Part shown: piece by piece, positions 37,381 to 45,205 of the stretch | Position numbering within the stretch: the stretch's first letter is position 1 | How the letters are laid out: each line of letters opens with the position of its first letter | The notes under the pieces: generated by a model | What the model was told of the DNA's origin: nothing | Database searches by the model: none | What the model saw: only the letters and a program-made list of their open reading frames with translations | Assembly (NCBI GenBank): GCA_007376385.1 | Contig: VMGC01000003.1 | Span: 37,271-101,270 of the forward strand | Origin: Parcubacteria group bacterium Gr01-1014_8 | Lineage (GTDB): Bacteria; Patescibacteriota; Minisyncoccia; Phycocordibacterales; UBA2100 | DNA length: 64,000 bases | Direction of reading: 5' to 3' | Position numbers and translations under genes: made by a program

Positions 37381-37494
37381 TCACTCCTCGATCTTCGAGC
37401 GATTTGTGGGGCACGACTTACCGCATCCAGAACACGAGCCATCTCCCGGCTTGCACGTGCTGTGTTCTCCGCAATCACATTCGTCTGGATTCAT
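37381..37494 (-). CDS. 37-aa cysteine-rich peptide, possibly metallothionein-like (hypothetical)
   Basis: MNPDECDCGEHSTCKPGDGSCSGCGKSCPTNRSKIEE has 8 Cys and 1 His in 37 aa. The intrinsic terminator follows immediately. Not in the ORF track. Confidence 0.35.
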   Translation of the reverse strand: MNPDECDCGEHSTCKPGDGSCSGCGKSCPTNRSKIEE

Positions 37495-37560
37495 ACTAGT
37501 TAACGACTGTTATGAATAAACTACTGCAATCGTATACCCGTATATTTCTCTGTAAAGATG

Positions 37561-38115
37561 CTACAACTCTATTCCCACGGTCACGCTCACCGTTCCATCT
37601 CCCGCATCCTGAATGTATGCAGCAAACGTCCGAGTATCTTTCTTAGCGGCAATAACGTTCGTGCCTGCCATGTTCGCAGAGGCGTCGATTGTCCAACCCT
37701 CTGCTTTCAAGCGCGAATTGTAATAGTCGAGGATGCTCTGCGCCGATGCTTTCGTCGTGTAAACAACCGCAGAGCCAGCCGCACCGGTCGCTGGATTCGT
37801 CGAACCGGAATACATAATCGTTGCTCCCGAATATACAGGAGGTGCATCTGATGGCCAATTGCTAGGCATGCCTGCACCGCTTCCGACTGTCACGCTTCCT
37901 TCACCCGTATTATACGTAACTGTGCCATCAGAGTTTCTGTCAACATCGGCACCATTCACTCCAGGAAGATAAGCCGAACCAATAGAACCGCCTCGACCTC
38001 CCACACCTCCGAAGATGGCTACGAGCAATAAGACAACTGCTACCCCGCCGACTATCCAGAGTATTTTCTTGTTTTTGCCAGCCGGGGCCGGCGTTGCGCT
38101 TGTTCCTTCATCCAT
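37561..38115 (-). CDS. membrane-anchored extracytoplasmic protein (hypothetical, ORF track start 38280)
   Basis: Start at MDEGTSATPAPAGKNKK, then a TM helix (ILWIVGGVAVVLLLVAIF), then a Gly/Ser/Thr-rich domain. Confidence 0.45.
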   Translation of the reverse strand: MDEGTSATPAPAGKNKKILWIVGGVAVVLLLVAIFGGVGGRGGSIGSAYLPGVNGADVDRNSDGTVTYNTGEGSVTVGSGAGMPSNWPSDAPPVYSGATIMYSGSTNPATGAAGSAVVYTTKASAQSILDYYNSRLKAEGWTIDASANMAGTNVIAAKKDTRTFAAYIQDAGDGTVSVTVGIEL

Positions 38116-38220
38116 AATATATATGTGTCTATAAATAAGTACCCGCAGTCTCTCATCGGTCGCATTCCTGTGCAAGGCTGCATGGGGTAATGTTCCCCAC
38201 TGCTTGCCGTCCTCAATGAT

Positions 38221-39525
38221 ATGAGACAATTGCCGGACAATACAAACCCGCATATGCAACGAGCGAATTGGTGGAAACACGCGAAAATTTACGAACTCTA
38301 TATCGATAAATTCGCAGGCACTATCAGCGGTCTTACGTCAAAGTTGGACTACTTTACGCATTTGGGAATAAACACTCTGCACGTTCTTCCGCACTATCCT
38401 TCCCCGATGGTCGACGATGGGTATGACGTGACAGATTATCAGAATGTACGTCCGGAATTAGGCACGCTCGATGATTTCAAGAAATTCCTCAACGAGGCAC
38501 ATAGCCGGGATATATATGTCATCGTCGATTTTGTTCTAAACCACGTCTCGAGTGAACACCCCTGGTTTGTCGAAGCGCGCGCGACCAGAGAAAACCCCAA
38601 ACGCAATTTCTTTCTGTGGAGTAACACCGGTCAAGAATTCAAGAACGCGCGGAATGCGTTCGTGGATATTAAGCCATCGAATTGGATAAAGAACGAGTTA
38701 ACGGAAGATTATTACTACGCAACATTCTATCCGGAACAACCTGATCTGAATTGGGACAACCCGCTCGTTTTTGAAGAGATGCTCCAATATGCGAAATTTT
38801 GGGTGGATCTGGGTGTCGACGGCTTTCGTTTGGACGCCGTGCCGTTCCTCATTAAACGTGAAAACTCACCTTCTCTTGGTCTACCAGAGACGCATGCGAT
38901 CTTGAAAAAGATACGCGCGCAGCTCGATGAAAAATATAGCGGCCGGATCGCGCTCCTTGGAGAGGCACATCAGGAACTGAGAGACATGATGCAGTACTTT
39001 GGCGATGGCGACGAATGCCACATGCTGTATCATTTCCCCATGATGGAACAAATGCTTCTTGCACTGATGCGAAATGATGATTCTGCGGTTCGCACAATGG
39101 TTCAAGCATCGTCCGACATTCCCCCTTCATGTGAGTGGGCAGTGTTTGTGAGAAATCACGACGACATCTCTCTCACAACGCTTCCAGATGCCGACCGTAT
39201 GGAACTCGTTGATTTTCTTGACCCTCAACATCGCTATCCATTCAGCAATCACACGACGACTTCGATGCGCTTGGGAAGCATTTTTGAGAATCATTCTTCT
39301 CGCGTTCTTGAGGCGCTTGAATTGCTGTATTCAGTGCCGGGAGTCAAAGTTCTTTACTACGGCGACGAGATCGGGATGAAGAATCTCCCTCTTCAGGAAG
39401 GCGTGCGCGATTCGCGCGTGTATGTTCGCGGGGAATTCGATTGGAACAGCGCAAATACGATGCTTGCAGACCCCGATTCGCTTTTAAACAAGGTCGCGAG
39501 ATGTATCAAGCGCAGTGCTGCCTGA
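38221..39525 (+). CDS. glycoside hydrolase family 13 enzyme (alpha-amylase superfamily). Specificity not assignable.
   Basis: GH13 conserved regions I DFVLNHVS, II GFRLDAVPF, III EAHQ and IV FVRNHDD. Confidence 0.8.
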   Translation: MRQLPDNTNPHMQRANWWKHAKIYELYIDKFAGTISGLTSKLDYFTHLGINTLHVLPHYPSPMVDDGYDVTDYQNVRPELGTLDDFKKFLNEAHSRDIYVIVDFVLNHVSSEHPWFVEARATRENPKRNFFLWSNTGQEFKNARNAFVDIKPSNWIKNELTEDYYYATFYPEQPDLNWDNPLVFEEMLQYAKFWVDLGVDGFRLDAVPFLIKRENSPSLGLPETHAILKKIRAQLDEKYSGRIALLGEAHQELRDMMQYFGDGDECHMLYHFPMMEQMLLALMRNDDSAVRTMVQASSDIPPSCEWAVFVRNHDDISLTTLPDADRMELVDFLDPQHRYPFSNHTTTSMRLGSIFENHSSRVLEALELLYSVPGVKVLYYGDEIGMKNLPLQEGVRDSRVYVRGEFDWNSANTMLADPDSLLNKVARCIKRSAA

Positions 39526-39596
39526 TCTGCGATCCTCTCTTTCCTGCCGGCGAACTGTTTCGTGTACACAAGCCCTTCTTGATATACTTGCCGCAC

Positions 39597-40763
39597 ATGA
39601 AGTTGGCAGTAGTAGCAAGCATCGATAAGACAACGACGCCAAGCAGCAAAGGCGGGATGGAAGTTTGGACCTCCAATTTTGTCTTGGAAAGTTCGAAGCG
39701 AGGCCACCACATAGATCTGTACGCGACGGAGGGTTCGATACACGGTGAACGCGTCCGTCTCATCCCATCCCTGGATCGCCCGCTAAACGATTACTTTTCC
39801 GACGAATATTTCACTGAAAATCCAGGAGATTTCGACAAGCGCAAGGAGAAATTCATGTCGACCGTCTACGCATCATTGCTCAAAAAAGTCCGCGATCAGG
39901 AAGATGGCTACGACATAATAGTCGATAGCGTCGCGTATCCTTCATTCTCTTTCAATACAAATACATTTCATAAGCCGGTTCTGACGATCGGACATTTTCC
40001 TGTTGAGTTCATGCTGAAATTTTATGTCAAAACACTTGGCTGGCCGGAAAATAATACCGTAGTCTTTCCTTCTCGGTTCCAGAATGACCACGCCACCTTC
40101 TTACCTGAATCAAAAAGGCACGTCATTCCTCACGGCATCGATGAGGCATCGCTGACCTTCAGTCCGGAAGGGGGGAGTGGCATGCTCTGGATGGCGCGAG
40201 TACACCATAAATTCATGAACAAGGGTCTCGACGACGCGTTGACGGTCGCGAACACTCTTAAAAGACCGATATATGCCACGGGGTTCATTGAACGCTCTTC
40301 TCGAGCGTATTTTGATGAGATCATACGCCCGCTCCTCTCAGAGTATGCAACATTCGATGAACAAGGTATGGCAACTCCAATCGATAAAAGCCACGTGTTC
40401 GGAAACGCAAAACTTTTTCTTTTCCCTCTCAAATGGGAAGAAGCATTCGGTTTGGTCATGTTGGAATCGCTTGCCTGCGGGACACCCGTCGTGGCGTACG
40501 CGCGCGGCGCTGTTCCCGAGATAATCGAAGATGGCACCACGGGATTCATCGTAAATTCCAGCGCGGATGATATTCGAGGCGCATTCACCATACAAAAAAC
40601 TGGCCAGGAAGGTCTTTGCGAAGCAGTTGAGCGTATATATGCCATGAGCAAAGCAGACTACGCCGAAATGAGACGAGCTTGCCGTGCCCGCATCGAGAAA
40701 TCGTTCACACGTAGAAGAATGTTCGATGGCTACGAACAGCTTTTCACGACGATCACAACTTAA
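39597..40763 (+). CDS. GT4-family glycosyltransferase (ORF track start 39441)
   Basis: EX7E motif region EAFGLVMLESLACGTPVVAYARGAVPEII and the start MKLAVVAS typical of GT-B enzymes. Confidence 0.8.
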   Translation: MKLAVVASIDKTTTPSSKGGMEVWTSNFVLESSKRGHHIDLYATEGSIHGERVRLIPSLDRPLNDYFSDEYFTENPGDFDKRKEKFMSTVYASLLKKVRDQEDGYDIIVDSVAYPSFSFNTNTFHKPVLTIGHFPVEFMLKFYVKTLGWPENNTVVFPSRFQNDHATFLPESKRHVIPHGIDEASLTFSPEGGSGMLWMARVHHKFMNKGLDDALTVANTLKRPIYATGFIERSSRAYFDEIIRPLLSEYATFDEQGMATPIDKSHVFGNAKLFLFPLKWEEAFGLVMLESLACGTPVVAYARGAVPEIIEDGTTGFIVNSSADDIRGAFTIQKTGQEGLCEAVERIYAMSKADYAEMRRACRARIEKSFTRRRMFDGYEQLFTTITT

Positions 40764-42067
40764 CGTACTTCACCAAGACTGGGGATCGCAAGACGGCGGC
40801 GGGCAGTCCCTCCTTTGAAGAGTTGCGTTGCGCGTTCTGGCAGGTCACCTCGTTCACCAAGATGAGCGCCAAATTTCATTGCCTCGAAACTTGAGCCCAA
40901 AAACACGACATGCTTCCCGTATTTCTCTGAAAGTTCATCTACGCTTTCGAACACCTGCTTCAAACCCTCCTTTGCATGAACAGCCCCAAAAAGATCGAGC
41001 TGAACCGGAGCGTGTTTCTTTAATTTCATGAGCGTGATGCCGGTTGCACGATAGAACTCTCCTTTTTTGAACACGTTCGGAAAGTATTCTGCGACTGTTC
41101 GCACAATATCCTGCGGCAGATTTGTGTGGTGTGAGAGCTTAATTTCGCATCCATGATATTTGAAATCCTGTGTTTTAAGAAAAAAGAAGATCTCAAGCGT
41201 GGAGAGATCCCATTTGCGCACCTTTATACATGCATTTTCTATATTTTTTGAGAGTTGAGAAAACACGAATTTTTGGTCGCGGGAAGGAGGCGTAAAAGTT
41301 TTCGTCTTGCTGATGGATCGGTATGATTCCTTGCGTTCGGTTGTTATCTCATATGTCATTTCACCTCGCAGCTCGTGCCAGATCTCAACATATGGTTTAG
41401 AAAGCATCGCTGTTACCCACGTCTCTTCTTTGTTCACGAGATCTTGTATGCTTCTGACCCCGTATTTATTGAGATACTGGGCAGTGTTCGGTCCAATGCC
41501 CCATACAGAGCAAATGGGAAGCTTCTCTAAAAATTTATGTGCATCTCTAAGCGGGATCGCGGTGCATCCGTCCGGCTTCTTCCATTTCGAGCCGATCTTT
41601 GCGAGCACTTTCGTCGCCGAAAGTCCGATCGAGAATGTCATGCCGAGTTCTGTATCAAGTTCGCGTTTTATCTGCAATGCCGTTTCAGGATAATTCATCT
41701 TATTCACGCGGCGCATGCCGGTAATATCAGCAAAGCACTCATCGATTGAATACTCTTCAACTGCCGGCGTATAACGGCGCACGATCTCATACATGCGCTC
41801 TGAGAAAAGCGAGTACGTTTCGTAATCGGATGGCAAAATGACTGCCTCGGGGCACAATTTTCTTGCTTCTCCTAATTTCATCCCGCGCTTTACGCCCCGC
41901 GCCTTCACGTCGTACGTGCATGCTGAGACGATGCCGCGTTCTTTTCCCGTAATGACTGGTTTCCCTCTCAGACGCGGATCTTTTGCCACCTCACATGCTG
42001 CGAAAAAAGAATCTCCGTCAATATGAAGAATGGCATGAGGAAAAGAAGCTGAGATCCCCCATGTCAT
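40760..42067 (-). CDS. Y-family translesion DNA polymerase (UmuC/DinB-like)
   Basis: N-terminal palm with ILHIDGDSFFAA and SIDECFAD catalytic motifs. 435 aa. Immediately downstream of the lexA-like gene. Confidence 0.85.
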   Translation of the reverse strand: MTWGISASFPHAILHIDGDSFFAACEVAKDPRLRGKPVITGKERGIVSACTYDVKARGVKRGMKLGEARKLCPEAVILPSDYETYSLFSERMYEIVRRYTPAVEEYSIDECFADITGMRRVNKMNYPETALQIKRELDTELGMTFSIGLSATKVLAKIGSKWKKPDGCTAIPLRDAHKFLEKLPICSVWGIGPNTAQYLNKYGVRSIQDLVNKEETWVTAMLSKPYVEIWHELRGEMTYEITTERKESYRSISKTKTFTPPSRDQKFVFSQLSKNIENACIKVRKWDLSTLEIFFFLKTQDFKYHGCEIKLSHHTNLPQDIVRTVAEYFPNVFKKGEFYRATGITLMKLKKHAPVQLDLFGAVHAKEGLKQVFESVDELSEKYGKHVVFLGSSFEAMKFGAHLGERGDLPERATQLFKGGTARRRLAIPSLGEVR

Positions 42068-42074
42068 ACGCGTA

Positions 42075-42677
42075 TTAATATTTGCGCACTACTGCAGTGA
42101 CCACGGCTTCGATGCGAAACGATTCTTTTGGATAAAGCGCTCGGTAACGCTTATTCGCCGGCTCAAGATAGTATTGTTCTCCTGCCTGCGCCGCGAAGCC
42201 TCGCGTCGCGGCAGGCAGGCCCCGCTTCCGAAGATATTTCATCGTGTACTCGCTATCTATGCACGCAATAACTATTTGCCCCGGCTTGTAAGCACTCCTG
42301 CGCTCGACAATGACCATGTCGCCCGGTTGTATCCCCGCTTCTATCATGGAATCTCCTTTTACTTTCAGAATGTAGCTCATCTCTTTATTCGGCGTGAGAT
42401 ATTCATCGAAATTCATCACGTCGAGAAGCTCTTCCTCTGCAGCTGAAGGAAAGCCAGCCTCTACCAACCCGAGCATCTTTACGCCTTCTTCTAGGTTCTG
42501 TGGCAGAAGTTTCCCCGAGCCGTCCTTTGAGATAACACCCTCTTCTATGAGCGCTTCGATGCGGTAGTTGACCGCGCTCTTTGTTTTGTACCCCCACAAC
42601 TTCATCAATTCAGAGAATGTGGGCATCCTTTGCCGCGAACGATAAAACCCTGCCAGCTTTTCCTTGAATTTTTCCAT
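42075..42677 (-). CDS. lexA: LexA-family repressor (HTH plus S24 peptidase)
   Basis: Winged HTH N-terminus, cleavage-site/Ser-Lys dyad region (KGDSM...K), 200 aa. Confidence 0.8.
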   Translation of the reverse strand: MEKFKEKLAGFYRSRQRMPTFSELMKLWGYKTKSAVNYRIEALIEEGVISKDGSGKLLPQNLEEGVKMLGLVEAGFPSAAEEELLDVMNFDEYLTPNKEMSYILKVKGDSMIEAGIQPGDMVIVERRSAYKPGQIVIACIDSEYTMKYLRKRGLPAATRGFAAQAGEQYYLEPANKRYRALYPKESFRIEAVVTAVVRKY

Positions 42678-42732
42678 TCCCCCAGTCTATAGAACGTTCG
42701 TTCTGTAGTCAAGCGGGGCTAGCGGAAAAAAT

Positions 42733-43920
42733 CTAGTTGATCACACCAAATTGTTTGCCTACTTTTGCGAATTTTTCGACTGCGGTCTTGATGTCTTTCG
42801 TCGTATGTGCAGCTGAGACCTGTACGCGGATACGCGCTTTACCTTTAGGAACAACGGGAAACGCGAATCCAATAACATAAATCCCCTCCTTGAAAAGCGC
42901 GGCAGCCATCTCAACTGCCTTCTTTTCGTCGCCGAGCATGATAGGCGTGATGGGGTGCTGCGCATCTGGTACTCGAAAGCCCTTTTCTTTCATGAGCTTT
43001 CTAAAGAGGTTGGTGTTTTCCCAGAGTTTTTCGCGATGTTCCGGATGTTTTTTAAGATATTTAATGACATCGAGTGACGTACCGGTAACGGCGGTATCGA
43101 GGGCATTGGAGAAGAGGTATGTTCGCGAGCGATTGCGTAGATATTCGACGATCTCTTTTTTTCCAGCCGTGAACGCACCGCCAGCGCCTCCGAGCGCCTT
43201 TCCGAACGTGCCGGTCAAAAAGTCGACGCGGTTCTCGACGCCGAAATGTTGCGGAGTTCCTCCGCCCTTTTTACCCATGACACCGTTCGCGTGCGCATCA
43301 TCCACCATCACAAGCGCGTCGTATTTGTCGGCAAGATCGCAGATCTTGTCCAGGGGCGCAATGTCCCCGTCCATACTGTATACGCCGTCTGTCGCAATAA
43401 CGCGAAGCCTTTTTTCTTTAGTCGCTTTCAATTTTTCTTCGAGGTCCGCCATGTCCATGTGCTTGAATACGTGCCGCTCGGATTTCGCGAGGCGCACCGC
43501 ATCAATAATGGAGGCGTGATTCAATTCGTCACTTATTATTGCATCTTGGTCAGTAAAAAATGTCTGGAACAACCCCACATTCGCCATGAAGCACGACGAA
43601 TATGTTATCGCATCCTCCATGCCAACGTAATCTGCCACCGCTTTTTCCAGTTCTTTGTGGATAGTCTGCGTGCCGCAAATAAAACGGACTGACGCGAGGC
43701 CGTATCCCCATTTTTTTACGGCTTTTTCGGATGATTTTTCTACAAACTTCGTCCCCGCAAGACCGAGGTAATTGTTCGAGCAGAAATTCAGATACTTTTT
43801 TCCTCCGACCTTGATCTCCCTATCCTGTTTCGATCGTATAACGCGCTCCGTTTTATACGTTCCATTCTCCCGCATTTGAGCAAGTTCTTCCGCCAACATT
43901 TCCTTGAATTTTCCGTACAT
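42733..43920 (-). CDS. kbl: 2-amino-3-ketobutyrate CoA ligase (glycine C-acetyltransferase)
   Basis: Class II PLP aminotransferase fold with PLP-lysine region GTFGKALGGAGG, adjacent to tdh. Confidence 0.8.
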   Translation of the reverse strand: MYGKFKEMLAEELAQMRENGTYKTERVIRSKQDREIKVGGKKYLNFCSNNYLGLAGTKFVEKSSEKAVKKWGYGLASVRFICGTQTIHKELEKAVADYVGMEDAITYSSCFMANVGLFQTFFTDQDAIISDELNHASIIDAVRLAKSERHVFKHMDMADLEEKLKATKEKRLRVIATDGVYSMDGDIAPLDKICDLADKYDALVMVDDAHANGVMGKKGGGTPQHFGVENRVDFLTGTFGKALGGAGGAFTAGKKEIVEYLRNRSRTYLFSNALDTAVTGTSLDVIKYLKKHPEHREKLWENTNLFRKLMKEKGFRVPDAQHPITPIMLGDEKKAVEMAAALFKEGIYVIGFAFPVVPKGKARIRVQVSAAHTTKDIKTAVEKFAKVGKQFGVIN

Positions 43921-43922
43921 AT

Positions 43923-45146
43923 CTATCCGCTTATCTTGAAAATGATCTTTGGGTGCTCGTTCATAGCTTTCTCAAAACTTTCGGGGGTAAATTTATGGAA
44001 ATCCAGTAGTGTTCCCTTGCCGCTTTTCAAAATGACGTTCCACATATCATCTTGTATACCGTTCGACTTATCCGAAAGCATTCTCTGTGCTATCTGCCAC
44101 GTCGCAAATATGCGCCTGCCAATAATGCCATGTAGTGTGAGGCCGCGTACCACTACTTTCGGGGAGAAATTCGGGATGGTCATCGCGCCGTCTTTAATGC
44201 CGAATGCGATGACGTGACCGCCCCGGCGGGTCGAGAGAATGCAGTTATTCAATGAAGCCGCGGGGCCCGCCATTTCCATTGAAACATCGACGCCTTTGCC
44301 ATAGGTTAACTCCATTATCCTGTCGATGACTTCTGCATCGTGCTCCCATTCGTGTTCTTTCTTCTTCTTTCTGACGAGAATCGTCTCGTGAGCGCCCAAG
44401 CTCTTCGCCATTTTTAAATTCGCGGGATTCACGTCCACTGCAATTATCTTCACCGCACCGAAACTACGCAAAAGCAATATCGCGAACATGCCGATGGGGC
44501 CGGCACCCATGACCGCAACTCTCTGACCGCGAAAATCAACAACCGTCGTCGAATGTACGGCATTGCCTATCGGATCAAGGATAGAGGCTATTTCCGGCCG
44601 AATGCGGCTTTGATCGATTGCCCATAGATTCTTGGCGGGGATCTTCACGTACTCCGCGAAAATACCATCGATTGAAATACCAAGGATGGCCTCATTCATA
44701 CACACATGATCCTCGCCAATACGACACTGAAAGCAACGACCGCAGGTTACATGCGAGTCTCCCGACACAAGCGCGCCGACCTCGATCTTTACAGGGTTAT
44801 TCGGGTCTAGGTCGTTGTACAAACGCTCGACCATTGAACCCATCTCAACAACCTCGCCGACAAATTCATGGCCCATGATGCGCATCGTCTTTTTTTCCCG
44901 TTTCAGTGAGTCGTGCACAAGGTCGCGGAAGGCAGCGCGATTCCACATCCCTCTATCGGTACCACACACACCCGCGTATTTTATTTTCAAGATCACGGAG
45001 AGTGCGTCCTCAGGGTTTTTCCTTTCGTCCAGAACCGGCATCGGCACTTCCCGCATCACAAAGCCCCTGCTTTTCTGCCATCCGTCCTTGTTCGTATCGA
45101 ACGTTAGAGCGCGAATAGTGTTCTTTTTAGCCATGGTACTGAACAC
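43923..45146 (-). CDS. tdh: L-threonine 3-dehydrogenase (Zn-dependent MDR family). A start further in is possible.
   Basis: GHEFVGEVVEMG zinc motif, GVCGTD and the GxGxxG NAD motif (GAGPIGM). Confidence 0.8.
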   Translation of the reverse strand: MFSTMAKKNTIRALTFDTNKDGWQKSRGFVMREVPMPVLDERKNPEDALSVILKIKYAGVCGTDRGMWNRAAFRDLVHDSLKREKKTMRIMGHEFVGEVVEMGSMVERLYNDLDPNNPVKIEVGALVSGDSHVTCGRCFQCRIGEDHVCMNEAILGISIDGIFAEYVKIPAKNLWAIDQSRIRPEIASILDPIGNAVHSTTVVDFRGQRVAVMGAGPIGMFAILLLRSFGAVKIIAVDVNPANLKMAKSLGAHETILVRKKKKEHEWEHDAEVIDRIMELTYGKGVDVSMEMAGPAASLNNCILSTRRGGHVIAFGIKDGAMTIPNFSPKVVVRGLTLHGIIGRRIFATWQIAQRMLSDKSNGIQDDMWNVILKSGKGTLLDFHKFTPESFEKAMNEHPKIIFKISG

Positions 45147-45205
45147 TGTAGCTCAAACACCGAGGCAATGGAAGCGCTCAACATCTAAAATATTCCTGAG
45201 AAAAC

